DNA of 37,530 nucleotides from a virus (Duplodnaviria; Heunggongvirae; Uroviricota; Caudoviricetes): IMG/VR virus record IMGVR_UViG_2663763220_000005; one strand, 5' to 3'. Shown piece by piece: positions 9,840 to 19,404 of this stretch (position 1 is its first letter; each line of letters starts with the position of its first letter). The notes under the pieces were generated by a model. It saw only the letters and a program-made list of their open reading frames with translations, ran no database searches and was not told where the DNA came from. The position numbers and the translations under genes were made by a program.

Positions 9840-11675
9840 TTACCTGCCAAAGCGCGTATAGCCAACATCATGGCTGACATCAAAACCGCTGGATCGCGTT
9901 TCCATAACCCGCATACCCGGGGGCGAATTCATAAAAGAGACCTTGATCTCACCATCAACTTTTGGCGCAGAAGCTTTGTTAATCATGAAGGGATTCGGGC
10001 CTGTGGCACCGGAGGCGTTGTTTGACTGAGCCGGATCTACCGCCGGATAAGGTGTGTATCCCCGCGCCGGTATTCCCGTCCCATAAGCATCATAAGCACC
10101 CGCGCCCCACTGCGCAGAGTTAATGGCATCGACCGTGTCACCGGAACTGTCGGTAAACCACTCAATAATTGGCTTCAGCTTGTCCCACATATCCTGAAAC
10201 CACTTAACAACCGGCCCCCAGTTATTGATCACCATCCCCAGCGGCGACCAGGCAAAAACTTTCTTAAGGAGTTCCCAGCCAGCCTCAAAATAAGGACCAA
10301 TGGTTTCCCAGAGTTTCTTAAAATAAGGTCCGACAACATCCCAGTTAGTGATAATTAATCCCGCAGCCAGGGCTATCGCCGTCGCAATCATGCCAATCGG
10401 CGTCATCGACATGATCCTGCTGACAATACTGATGGCACCGCCAACGCCCATCAATCCCAGTTTCAGAATCGCAAGACCAGCAGCAAGCCCGACGACGCCG
10501 CGAATAACCCGGGGATTTTCATCCGCAAACTTCGTGAATTTCTCCCCCAACTCCCCCAGCCATTGCGTGATATTTTTAGCGTCACCAGAAAATGCGCCGC
10601 CAATAGCTGCAAGACCGTTAGTTGCGGTCCCCGTCATTGCCTCCCACAGGTTGGACAGCGTACCAAGCTGTGCCTGAACACGTTTATTCAGGCTGGCCTG
10701 TTTATTCATCTTCTGCTGGATCTGATCGTAACCATCCTTTCCTTTATCGATCAGAGCATTGACCACCTGAAGGGTTTCGGCATCATCACCAAATATTGCC
10801 TTAAGTACACCTGTTCGCTTAACGTCGGTCAGTTTTCGCAGCTTTGCCAGTTGCCTGAACATGTTATCAAGACCGCCAAAACTCCCTTTGCCGTCAGTAA
10901 AATCGAGCTGCACTCCGAGTTTCTGGCGGGCCATGACTTTATTGACGTCCCTGATTTTCTTAACGCTTAATCCGGACTGGATAACTTTTCGCAGGGCGTT
11001 ACCTGCCGACTCCCCGTTCATCCCCATCTGATCCATCATGACGCTGATGGGGGCAAGGCTCTGTGCAGCCTGAAGACCGTCCTTGTTCACCATCTTCAGA
11101 ACAGAGCTGGTTTTAGTGAAGAAGGACAACATGTTGGTATCGTCCACGCCCAGATAAAACGCCTTCTGGATAGTGTCGAACAGCCCCATCATGTCTTCTG
11201 ACGCCGTTCCGGTAGCATCCTGCATCTTTGCAGCAAACTCAGCAGCCGCTTCCGGTGTTTTTTTCAGTTGTACCGCAAGATAAGCTGTCGCTTTACCCAC
11301 ACCACTCAGAATGTTTTCTGCCGGGATCCCCTGACGCACCAGCATCTGCATCATGTTCTGGAAATCAGCCGTTGTACCGGGTAGCTGGTTACCCAGGCCA
11401 ATAGCCAGTTTATTGATGTCCTGAAAGCGCTTTCCAATCTCGCCGTTCGCATCCATCATAGCGACTTTCAGCCCGGTGGCGGCGTTTTCCTGATCGGCAT
11501 AAGATTTCAGGGAAAGCGTCAGACCCGCTGCCAGTCCGCCACCAAGCGCCAGCCCACCCTGTGACGCTTCTTCCGCCTGGCGTTTAAATCCCCGGATTTT
11601 CTTTTGCATTTTCGACAGCGCGGGAGAAAGCCTGTCGACACCGGTGATCAACGCCTTAAGCTCAAATTCAGCCAT
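9840..11675 (-). CDS. Tail tape measure protein
   Basis: 611 aa; Gly/Ala-rich helical protein with hydrophobic segments, located directly after the frameshifted chaperone pair. Confidence 0.85.
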   Translation of the reverse strand: MAEFELKALITGVDRLSPALSKMQKKIRGFKRQAEEASQGGLALGGGLAAGLTLSLKSYADQENAATGLKVAMMDANGEIGKRFQDINKLAIGLGNQLPGTTADFQNMMQMLVRQGIPAENILSGVGKATAYLAVQLKKTPEAAAEFAAKMQDATGTASEDMMGLFDTIQKAFYLGVDDTNMLSFFTKTSSVLKMVNKDGLQAAQSLAPISVMMDQMGMNGESAGNALRKVIQSGLSVKKIRDVNKVMARQKLGVQLDFTDGKGSFGGLDNMFRQLAKLRKLTDVKRTGVLKAIFGDDAETLQVVNALIDKGKDGYDQIQQKMNKQASLNKRVQAQLGTLSNLWEAMTGTATNGLAAIGGAFSGDAKNITQWLGELGEKFTKFADENPRVIRGVVGLAAGLAILKLGLMGVGGAISIVSRIMSMTPIGMIATAIALAAGLIITNWDVVGPYFKKLWETIGPYFEAGWELLKKVFAWSPLGMVINNWGPVVKWFQDMWDKLKPIIEWFTDSSGDTVDAINSAQWGAGAYDAYGTGIPARGYTPYPAVDPAQSNNASGATGPNPFMINKASAPKVDGEIKVSFMNSPPGMRVMETRSSGFDVSHDVGYTRFGR

Positions 11676-11850
11676 GTGTGCGTTTCTCCTGCTCTATCCT
11701 GTTTGCCTGACTGACCAGTAAGGGAATTTCACTGATCGGCATATTCAGCAATTCGAAAGGATTAATGCGCCAGTAACTGGCGCAGTCAAAGAAGCGATCA
11801 GTGAGGTATTCAGCCGTCAGGCCTGGAGGAAAAAACCAGCCACAAGCCAC
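11668..11850 (-). CDS. Minus-one-frame extension of the tail assembly chaperone (T part of a G-T-like frameshift product)
   Basis: Open -1 frame continues from the slippery heptamer at 11829-11835 to a stop at 11668, overlapping the tape measure start. Confidence 0.55.
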   Translation of the reverse strand: MACGWFFPPGLTAEYLTDRFFDCASYWRINPFELLNMPISEIPLLVSQANRIEQEKRTHG

Positions 11851-12086
11851 GCCGCTGCATTCAGGTCTGCCGGAGACATCTGGTCGACAGAGCTTTGCGG
11901 CACTTTCGCCAGCCGCACAATGTATTTCGATACCACATGCGCCAGAAGTCTGACGGACTCATCCTGATTCATCTGGTAGGGATACCCCAGCTCGCGGACA
12001 TCTTTCCCGGTGGGCTCATCAAACTCCAGTACGGAGAGTGTCTCGCCATGAGCGGTAATCGGTTTCTTTAACTCAAGCTCTTTCAT
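11817..12086 (-). CDS. Tail assembly chaperone (G-like, zero-frame product)
   Basis: 89-aa ORF between tail tube and tape measure; ends 3 codons after a T_TTT_TTC slippery heptamer. Confidence 0.7.
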   Translation of the reverse strand: MKELELKKPITAHGETLSVLEFDEPTGKDVRELGYPYQMNQDESVRLLAHVVSKYIVRLAKVPQSSVDQMSPADLNAAAWLVAGFFLQA

Positions 12087-12442
12087 TACTGGTAATCCCC
12101 TTCTTCACCGTGGAACTCAAGATCAACCGTGCCTTCTTCGGCATTATGGTTCGCTTCTCCGTGCAGCCAGGCGGACGACAATACATAGACCTGACCGTTC
12201 GCCAGCTCGGCAGTGATGGTCATCTCATCAGACGAGGTGATTTTGCTCACCGGAAAATTCTTCGGCACCTTGAAGGTCCCTTTGACATAAGGCGCACGGT
12301 GAGTTTCCTTGCGGTCCACTGAACCGTCCAGGCCGATGATGTCATCATTGACCGTCCTGTTCATGGGCACCTCAATGCCGCCGGTCAGCGATAGCTGCTG
12401 ACCGTCAATTTTGAAATAACAGGTTCCCCCGATACGGGCCAT
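12086..12442 (-). CDS. Tail tube protein (Mu gp40-like)
   Basis: 118 aa, directly downstream of the sheath gene with overlapping start and stop. Confidence 0.7.
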   Translation of the reverse strand: MARIGGTCYFKIDGQQLSLTGGIEVPMNRTVNDDIIGLDGSVDRKETHRAPYVKGTFKVPKNFPVSKITSSDEMTITAELANGQVYVLSSAWLHGEANHNAEEGTVDLEFHGEEGDYQ

Positions 12443-13938
12443 TATGCGGACTCCTCTGAATACTGAAGACGGAACTGGTTAACCACGGCAAAGACACGCA
12501 ACTGGTTAACATAGTCAGGCGGGAACAGCGTGTTCAGGCGGTTCGGATCGCTGGCATCACGCTCCACAACCAGGTACTGCTTAAAAAGTTCGTAGTTTTC
12601 CACGATCCCCGCACGCTCAAGCTGACGGTAGGTTGCCAGCAGTTCCCCTTTGATCACCGCCGGGGTGACAATCGCCTGACCGGGACCAAAGCGGGTACCG
12701 TCGCTGGCAAGCTTGTGACGCCCGTACTTACTGGTAATGACGGATTTCAGTTTGCGCAGTACATACGCGCTGGTATGCAGCGTCTCGCTGTCGAGGTAGC
12801 TGTTATCCGCAACACCGTAAGCGTTTTTCCTGTACGTGGTGACATCACGCTGAATGCGCAGCACCCCGCTTTCGACATACGCCGTTGCCACGCCATGAGA
12901 CAGCAGGGTCTGTTGTTCGGTCATCGTGAACCGTTTCCCCTTCGGCGCAGGCAGCATACCCACCAGCTCACCGGTCTGCGTGGGACGTGCCGGATCGTTG
13001 CGAATAAACACCGCTGCGCGGGCGGTACGGCTTGCCGCCAGCTCGTCGGCAGGCGTCTGGGTCTCTTTTTCGTATCCCGCCAGGGTAATGTGCTGCTGGT
13101 TAAACTGGTCACCTGCGGTCACCAGTTCTGACAGCGTGCCGATCTTTGCCGTGTACACATGACCATACAGCTGACGCGCATAGCTCCAGCGACCGCTGGT
13201 ATCGTTCATCTCGGTCACCAGCGTGTTAACGGAGGCCGTGTCGTTGAACGGCAGGCCGATATAATCAAACGGCTCATCCGCCATTGCAGCCACCGCGCCG
13301 GTGAGAACAGGAGCGCCCGTTCCGGCGGTACCCGTCGCCACGGCAATCTGTACGCCCGCTGGCAGCACTTCGCCCCCACCAAAGCCGTAGTAATTGAGGC
13401 TGACAGGAATTTCATTCCCGCAAAGCCCCTTATGACGCGCGGTCAGTGTGACCACGCCTGCCGAAGATGAAGCCGTAAACGGCAGGGTCGGAACGGCATT
13501 GATGGCATCCTGGATACTGCTGGCAATCGTCGCGACGTTATCGCCGTTGGTCACCGGTGCCTGCACGCGGGTACGTCCCACATAAACATTCACCGTGCCG
13601 GTTTCGGTTGCCGCGCCGGTCACCGTCAGCGTAACTGTTGCCGCCGCGCCCGTGGATTCAGGAACGGCAATCACATACAGTTCACCAAACGGGTCGGTCT
13701 GGCGATAAGCCTCGACCATACGCGCCAGCTGACTTCCCGCACCACAAATCTGGCGTGCATAGTCTGCCGATGGCATCAGCACCAGACTGTTGGCAACAAT
13801 CTCTGCACCGTTATTGGCATGACCAATCAGCAGCGATGCTCCGCTGTCCTGTGCAGTATTCGCCGCCTGGTTATCCATTTCCGCATAAAACAACGGAACC
13901 AGCGTATTCGACGGAATGGTGTTAAAGCTTATCGTCAT
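12442..13938 (-). CDS. Contractile tail sheath protein (Mu L / gp39-like)
   Basis: 498 aa, first large gene of the tail module; synteny sheath-tube-chaperone-tape measure. Confidence 0.8.
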   Translation of the reverse strand: MTISFNTIPSNTLVPLFYAEMDNQAANTAQDSGASLLIGHANNGAEIVANSLVLMPSADYARQICGAGSQLARMVEAYRQTDPFGELYVIAVPESTGAAATVTLTVTGAATETGTVNVYVGRTRVQAPVTNGDNVATIASSIQDAINAVPTLPFTASSSAGVVTLTARHKGLCGNEIPVSLNYYGFGGGEVLPAGVQIAVATGTAGTGAPVLTGAVAAMADEPFDYIGLPFNDTASVNTLVTEMNDTSGRWSYARQLYGHVYTAKIGTLSELVTAGDQFNQQHITLAGYEKETQTPADELAASRTARAAVFIRNDPARPTQTGELVGMLPAPKGKRFTMTEQQTLLSHGVATAYVESGVLRIQRDVTTYRKNAYGVADNSYLDSETLHTSAYVLRKLKSVITSKYGRHKLASDGTRFGPGQAIVTPAVIKGELLATYRQLERAGIVENYELFKQYLVVERDASDPNRLNTLFPPDYVNQLRVFAVVNQFRLQYSEESA

Positions 13939-14092
13939 CGGTATTCACCTTTTTATTCACGCGCCGGATATCACCCGCTGCTTCACGGCGCAGCCAGTAG
14001 TTGTTCTCATCAACATTTCGCCCCTCGGCGGGCAAAAGGTCGCCGCGGGCAGGGTCAGGAACTGACCGCCCTTTAACAGGTTTGACAAACAT
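13922..14092 (-). CDS. Small hypothetical protein (56 aa) preceding the sheath gene
   Basis: ATG at 14092 with an open frame to TAA at 13922-13924, overlapping the sheath start; below the ORF-track size cutoff. Confidence 0.35.
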   Translation of the reverse strand: MFVKPVKGRSVPDPARGDLLPAEGRNVDENNYWLRREAAGDIRRVNKKVNTDDDKL

Positions 14093-14100
14093 GAGGATCC

Positions 14101-14661
14101 TCAGGAAGGAAGGGTTATTTCGGTGTGATGTTCGATATCGCCGTCAGGCCCGTTACCGGGCTCGAGATAATCAACATCAATCGCCAGCGTTTGCAGTTCA
14201 TCCAGACTGTTCAGATCATCCTGCTGGCGGGTATCGTCTTCAGTCAGCTCGCTGATGACCGAAAAATCGAACTGATAAATCAGCTCATGACGATTCAGAT
14301 CCAGCAGCGTGCCGCCGTCATAGGTAATCGGGTTACCGCACGCCTCCGGGTTCCAGCCCAGCAGAGCCTTAAAGAGCATCTGCCGGACATCGTCCACCAC
14401 ATCATACGAGGCAAACTGACCGCGCTCATCACGCCCGTTACTCAGTATGACAACCACGGAGAAGCCCTCTTTCAGCTCCTGCCAGTAGTCGGTCTGGCTT
14501 TTGTTTTCTCCCGGAGAGTCATCACCCGGTACCACATACGCCGCCGGGAGTCTCAGCTTTCCGACCTCCGGCAGATTTTTGAACTGGGCCGCGCCTGCCA
14601 CCCGGTTTTCAAAATACGGACAGCGGGCACGCAGTGCAGCAATAACAGGCGTCAGTTTCAT
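14101..14661 (-). CDS. Phage protein, Mu gp37-like (tail completion region)
   Basis: 186 aa, synteny between head-completion genes and sheath. Confidence 0.5.
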   Translation of the reverse strand: MKLTPVIAALRARCPYFENRVAGAAQFKNLPEVGKLRLPAAYVVPGDDSPGENKSQTDYWQELKEGFSVVVILSNGRDERGQFASYDVVDDVRQMLFKALLGWNPEACGNPITYDGGTLLDLNRHELIYQFDFSVISELTEDDTRQQDDLNSLDELQTLAIDVDYLEPGNGPDGDIEHHTEITLPS

Positions 14662-15164
14662 CTGTGTCGTCGCTCCGGCTTCAGTGATTTACGCAATTCC
14701 CGCGCCAGAAAATAGCGTGTCCAGCTGCGGTTCTTTTCAAGCGTTTCCACCATGAAGTTATTACGTGGAGCCAGTCGCCAGCCGCTGCCACCGGATGCAC
14801 CACGATGATGGCTGCGACGACGCTTTGCCCCTCGCCTCACGCCATAGAACAAAAAAGCCGGATAAAAATCACCGGTGATACGGCGGTTTCCCTCTCCATT
14901 ACGCTGGTTAGGGGCTATACGTGCCATAAAACCGGGGCGATGTTTACTGGCTCTGGGTACCATGTAACCAATCGAACGAGCCAGGCGTCCGGTCTGATAA
15001 CCGGGGTTTTCACCCGTTGCCGACCGCGCACGGCGCATCACCAGCCGACGGGCATCACGCATATGACGCTGACCAATCGTGACAAACGCCCGCCGGACAC
15101 GGGCGCGGTTAAAGCGCATCTCCGCGGGCTGCTGAAAATCAACGTGCAAAAAGGAAGTCGTCAT
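14658..15164 (-). CDS. Virion morphogenesis / head-tail joining protein (arginine-rich)
   Basis: 168-aa basic protein in the head-tail joining block. Confidence 0.5.
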   Translation of the reverse strand: MTTSFLHVDFQQPAEMRFNRARVRRAFVTIGQRHMRDARRLVMRRARSATGENPGYQTGRLARSIGYMVPRASKHRPGFMARIAPNQRNGEGNRRITGDFYPAFLFYGVRRGAKRRRSHHRGASGGSGWRLAPRNNFMVETLEKNRSWTRYFLARELRKSLKPERRHR

Positions 15165-15549
15165 TGTTGCCTCCGTGACTCTGCCTACATTCGCCCAGCT
15201 CCGTACACTCCAGCAGCAGAAAGCGCCGCGCCCCGTTCAGATCGCGCTGACGTTTCACCCGGTACACACTGTCACCGCAGACCACCTCATAATCAGCGGT
15301 GATCCCCCGGCGGTAACGAATGGTGATGTAATGGGTGATGGCGTCCCCGGTCTGCGCGGTTTCCTGCCAGGTGGTGGCACTGGTCTGGACAACCTTCGCC
15401 CATGTCCGGAACGCAACCGGGTATTGAGGCTCCACGCCAAAGTTATCCGCGGGCATATCCACCCGCTGGCGGATCAGGACGCGTTTATTCAGTTCACCGG
15501 GGTCCGGCAGAATGTAGGTTGCGCTGGTCTGCGCCTGACGAATTTTCAT
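15139..15549 (-). CDS. Head-tail adaptor / head closure protein
   Basis: 136 aa, position immediately after the connector-like gene. Confidence 0.55.
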   Translation of the reverse strand: MKIRQAQTSATYILPDPGELNKRVLIRQRVDMPADNFGVEPQYPVAFRTWAKVVQTSATTWQETAQTGDAITHYITIRYRRGITADYEVVCGDSVYRVKRQRDLNGARRFLLLECTELGECRQSHGGNNDDFLFAR

Positions 15550-15869
15550 TGCGGGAAATACCTGTACGGGCCGACAAGCCAGTTAAAGCTCATTGGCAAC
15601 TCCATTTTCTCAACGTCTGTAACCGACGAGCGATTTTCGTAAAAATGGCTGATAAGCATCAGCATCCCCAGACGAATATCATCCGGCAGGTGCAGCCCGT
15701 CCGGATCGCTGTCCGGAATGGTTTCATCCGGAGCATAGAGCTTCCGGTTCAGATACGTTTCCGTCCGCTTTTGCGCCGCACAGGCCAGCAGTTGCAGATG
15801 GCGGTCATCAGCATCGAAATCCTCATCCAGCCGGAGTTGGGCTTTAATCTCTTCCATTGTCAGAAGCAT
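15546..15869 (-). CDS. Head-tail connector protein (gp6-like)
   Basis: 107-aa acidic protein (MLLTMEEIKAQLRLDEDFDADD...) typical of gp6-like connectors. Confidence 0.6.
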   Translation of the reverse strand: MLLTMEEIKAQLRLDEDFDADDRHLQLLACAAQKRTETYLNRKLYAPDETIPDSDPDGLHLPDDIRLGMLMLISHFYENRSSVTDVEKMELPMSFNWLVGPYRYFPQ

Positions 15870-15871
15870 AC

Positions 15872-16072
15872 TCAGCCCTCTTTACTGGTCGTGGCTTTTT
15901 TCTCTTTTGTCGCTTTACTGCTTTTTGCACTGGTTCCGCGCTCTGCTAACCCGGCCTGAAGTGCAATCTCCTGCACCCGGGCAGGAAGCGTCCCGTCGTC
16001 ATACTCACCGGCCCGAATGACATCAACACGCATACCGTCCGGTGACCATTTCAGATCTTGTTTCAGGATCAT
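15872..16072 (-). CDS. Small hypothetical head-module protein (66 aa, Lys/Ser-rich C-terminus)
   Basis: ORF directly downstream of the major capsid gene. Confidence 0.4.
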   Translation of the reverse strand: MILKQDLKWSPDGMRVDVIRAGEYDDGTLPARVQEIALQAGLAERGTSAKSSKATKEKKATTSKEG

Positions 16073-16121
16073 GATTCTTCACCCGTCAGAACAGGGGGCG
16101 CGGTTCCGCGCCCCTGAGTGA

Positions 16122-17327
16122 TTACGCCGCTGCAATCTTCAGCAGTTTGATGGCCTGCGAATCGACCAGCATGCCGCCGGTGCGCTTGGTGGTATAAAAA
16201 CCGACAAACGGTTTATTGGTGTACGGATCGCGAAGAATGCGGGTACCGATACGGTCAACGATGGTGTAACCCCGTTTGAAGTTACCAAATGCAATGGCTT
16301 TCGCATCCGCGGCAATATCCGGCATCTGCTCGTTTTCAGCGATACCGTAACCCGCCAGAGAGGATGGCTGCCCCAGTTCCAGCCCAGGACGCCACAGATA
16401 GTTACCCTCGGTGTCTTTCAGCAGACGGATGGCAAACAGGCTGTTGTTGTTCATCATGAACTTCGCGCCAGTGCGGTGTGCCTTACGCAGCGTGTAAATC
16501 AGTTTGATAATGGCGTCTGCGGTCACCGCGGTCGCTTCGCCGGATACAATATGCTGAAGTTTGCCGAACGCCCGGACCTTGTCGGTTTCATCAGTGGATT
16601 CATACGCCAGGAACCCTTTCGGCTTCTTGGTGCCATCGCCTGAGGTAAAGGCAATTTCTTCCTGTTCGGCAAATTCGGTTGCCAGCTCGCTGTTGATCCA
16701 GGCCTCCACGTTGAAGAAGGCATCGTCCAGCATTTTCTGGGTAGCCTGCGGGTTGCCGTAAATTTCCCCCATGAGAGGTTCAATCAGCTCCAGTCTGGAG
16801 GTGGCAGTCTGGGATCGCGTATCCGTTTCCCCCACCCATCCGGAAGCCGTACCGCCCAGATTCACCAGTTTTTTGTAGTCGGAACCGCCAACGGTGATCA
16901 CCGTGGCTTCCTGACGCATCACCACTTCATCTTTCAGCAGGTTAAGAATGTTGCGATCCAGTTCTTCCGGCACGGCGTAGCCACCGTCTTCATCGGTACC
17001 CACCTGCAATGCCTTACGCTCCAGATCGCGCAGACCGTCTTCACGGCCTTTACGCAGGAAGCCCACAAACGCCTCTTTATGCTCGGTGGCCAGTTTATTT
17101 TGCGCACCACCTGCCGGACGTTTCAGCTCAAGCAGCTCTTTTTCAAGGTCGCTTTTGAGATTTTCCAGCTCGCTGAGTTTCCCGTTCAGGGTTTCCACCT
17201 GCCCGGCAAGCTTGCCTTTTTCCTGCTCAATCGCATCCACGCGCTTGTCGTTCTTTGCTTTGAAGTCGTCAAACTTCTGCTGCAGCTCCTGCGCGACCTG
17301 TTCGACATCTTTAATATCAACCGCCAT
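16122..17327 (-). CDS. Major capsid protein, HK97 fold with N-terminal coiled-coil delta domain
   Basis: 401 aa; long N-terminal coiled-coil region (EQVAQELQQKFDDFKAKNDKRV...) followed by the capsid body; follows the prohead protease. Confidence 0.85.
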   Translation of the reverse strand: MAVDIKDVEQVAQELQQKFDDFKAKNDKRVDAIEQEKGKLAGQVETLNGKLSELENLKSDLEKELLELKRPAGGAQNKLATEHKEAFVGFLRKGREDGLRDLERKALQVGTDEDGGYAVPEELDRNILNLLKDEVVMRQEATVITVGGSDYKKLVNLGGTASGWVGETDTRSQTATSRLELIEPLMGEIYGNPQATQKMLDDAFFNVEAWINSELATEFAEQEEIAFTSGDGTKKPKGFLAYESTDETDKVRAFGKLQHIVSGEATAVTADAIIKLIYTLRKAHRTGAKFMMNNNSLFAIRLLKDTEGNYLWRPGLELGQPSSLAGYGIAENEQMPDIAADAKAIAFGNFKRGYTIVDRIGTRILRDPYTNKPFVGFYTTKRTGGMLVDSQAIKLLKIAAA

Positions 17328-17341
17328 CGTATTTCTCCTGA

Positions 17342-18028
17342 TTAGAAGTTCAGATTTTTCAGTGCATTCAGTGCAGAGCCCACATCCTCAGCGTCGCGCA
17401 GGGACAGTGCGCCATAGCCCCCGGCCATGAATGCTTTGGCCTGGGTACGGGAGAGTCCGACATCACGCAGGACTCTTTCGATTTTTTTCTGTTCGGGGAT
17501 TTCCCCGCGGGCCAGTGCGTTCTTGACGTCGCTGATCCGCGCCTCGTCGTTAGACGGGAACGTCACCAGGCTGACTTCCCAGAGGTCGATTTCTTTCAGC
17601 AGAAAGGCTTCTTTGCTCCGGTCGTATTCCCAGTCTTTCAGGACGTACCCAATAGAAAGGCCGGTTAACGAACCGGCCTTCATGTGTGCATGTGCGCGTT
17701 TTGCGAGGGGATCATCATCAATAAGCAACCGTCCCCTGACGTAAAGCCCGACATCGTCTTCCTTCATTTCGGTGTAAACACCGATGGGTTCATCCATGCG
17801 GTGCTGCCAGAGCAGCGCAGGTAACGCTTTTCTGTCACTCCACGCCCGCAGGGAAGCAGCAAATGCCCCGGACATCACCACATCATCGTGGCTGTCCTTT
17901 ACACCAAAGACGGAGCCATACCCTTCAAACTCACCGGAGTCACTGACAGATTTCAGACTCAGCGGTACATCAAGACGTTGTTTCGTCTGCATTGGCGTTA
18001 TCCTTCTGCTTACCGGCTTTACTGCCAT
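17342..18028 (-). CDS. Prohead protease (HK97 family)
   Basis: 228 aa between portal and capsid; exact start uncertain because the ORF overlaps the portal 3' end. Confidence 0.7.
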   Translation of the reverse strand: MAVKPVSRRITPMQTKQRLDVPLSLKSVSDSGEFEGYGSVFGVKDSHDDVVMSGAFAASLRAWSDRKALPALLWQHRMDEPIGVYTEMKEDDVGLYVRGRLLIDDDPLAKRAHAHMKAGSLTGLSIGYVLKDWEYDRSKEAFLLKEIDLWEVSLVTFPSNDEARISDVKNALARGEIPEQKKIERVLRDVGLSRTQAKAFMAGGYGALSLRDAEDVGSALNALKNLNF

Positions 18029-19211
18029 CGGAGGGTTTCGTGGTCATGTTCATCGGTGTGAGATAGACATTCCCACCGGGACGCGGATTCATATCTTCCA
18101 GGTCGCGGCAGTCATTGGGAGAGTAAATTCCCCAGTTAATCCCGGTGGCGTAGGCTTCAAAACGGGACTTCATATCCCCGCGCAGTAACGCCCCGGCGTT
18201 AAATTTGGCGTAATAAACGCCCTGCTTACTTTTTCGTACCAGTCCGGTGTTGATCCGCTGTTCGATGCGGGTCAGATACGGCACCAGTGAATAGTTGATA
18301 AATCCGAGCCCCAGTTCTTCGATATTGTTGAAGGTGGCGCGATCGGTGTTCTGCACCATGTGCAATGGCACCCGGAACAGACGACAGATTTCTTCAAGCT
18401 GAAACTTGCGGGTTTCCAGGAACTGGCTGTCCTCTGCGTTCAACGCCATCGACTTCCAGTCCAGCCCCATCTCAAGGATCATCGGGCGGTGAGCATTGCC
18501 AAGCCCGGTGTGACGCTCCTCAAAATCTTTCTTCAGGCGCTCATAAGCCTGATCCGACAGCGTCTGCTCTGTACGCAACACACCCGACGTCACCGCGCCA
18601 TTGCTGAACAGTCTGGCCCCGTGCTCTTCGGTCGCTGCCGCCAGCGATATTGCCTCGCGGGCATAGGCGATGGGATTCAGTCCCACCAGACCGTCCAGCG
18701 TCAGCGTGCGCACATGCCAGATATCTTCCTGGCTCAGTACATCCGTGGAGCCGTCCGGAAATGTGACCTGGTAAACCGGTTCCCAGCTACTGTTAAGCTT
18801 CGGTACCACACAACCGGGATCGACGGGCAGCAGTTCAGCCACTTCGCCAAATGCTTTCACTTTGTAGGCGTAAAAATTTCCCCGCAGGCACAGACAGGTG
18901 ACCACCAGCTCCCAGAACTCCTGCGGCGTCATATAGCTATTGGGATGCGTGGAGATCAGTTTATGCAGACGTTCGCCGGTGGCTCTCTGCTTCAGGCTGC
19001 CGTTCAGGTGATACAGATTGCAGGGCAACATCCCGACCGACTCTGCCAGCACTCTGACGCAGGAAAAAACCGCCGTCAGTCGCATGGCCCGCTGACTGCT
19101 GATCTGCTTTCCGGTATAGGTGTCGTAGGACAACCCGATGGCATCCGCCAGCTCTGCTGGCGTGGTCACCGGTGCGTCACTTTTTCGTTGAAATAATCCC
19201 GAAAAGAACAC
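17970..19211 (-). CDS. Portal protein (HK97 family)
   Basis: 413 aa, located between terminase large subunit and prohead protease. Confidence 0.85.
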   Translation of the reverse strand: MFFSGLFQRKSDAPVTTPAELADAIGLSYDTYTGKQISSQRAMRLTAVFSCVRVLAESVGMLPCNLYHLNGSLKQRATGERLHKLISTHPNSYMTPQEFWELVVTCLCLRGNFYAYKVKAFGEVAELLPVDPGCVVPKLNSSWEPVYQVTFPDGSTDVLSQEDIWHVRTLTLDGLVGLNPIAYAREAISLAAATEEHGARLFSNGAVTSGVLRTEQTLSDQAYERLKKDFEERHTGLGNAHRPMILEMGLDWKSMALNAEDSQFLETRKFQLEEICRLFRVPLHMVQNTDRATFNNIEELGLGFINYSLVPYLTRIEQRINTGLVRKSKQGVYYAKFNAGALLRGDMKSRFEAYATGINWGIYSPNDCRDLEDMNPRPGGNVYLTPMNMTTKPSDGSKAGKQKDNANADETTS

Positions 19212-19393
19212 TATTTACCTCCACCAACAGACAGCTGTGTACGATCGAGATATCGCGCTACCAGCCACGACCAGAACAGGCACAACGCCCCGGCAACAAC
19301 AAAACCCGCCGGGGGATAAATCAGCCAGGCACCATATGCCAGCAAAAGCGCACCCAGCACGCCCACCAGAGGCGCGAGAATCAGCATGATCAT
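19211..19393 (-). CDS. Small hydrophobic protein (60 aa, two predicted TM segments) between terL and portal
   Basis: [49 protein letters not shown]; tightly packed between two structural genes. Confidence 0.4.
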   Translation of the reverse strand: MIMLILAPLVGVLGALLLAYGAWLIYPPAGFVVAGALCLFWSWLVARYLDRTQLSVGGGK

Positions 19394-19404
19394 AATTACC
19401 TCAG

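Noticed and set aside
12715-15959. Plus-strand ORFs overlapping sheath and head-completion genes (for example 14125-14715, 15402-15959)
   Set aside because: Antisense shadow ORFs; no independent start signals.
18360-19196. 278-aa plus-strand ORF overlapping the portal gene
   Set aside because: Lies entirely antisense to a well-supported structural gene in GC-rich DNA; no RBS and Arg/Gln/His-rich low-complexity translation typical of shadow ORFs.
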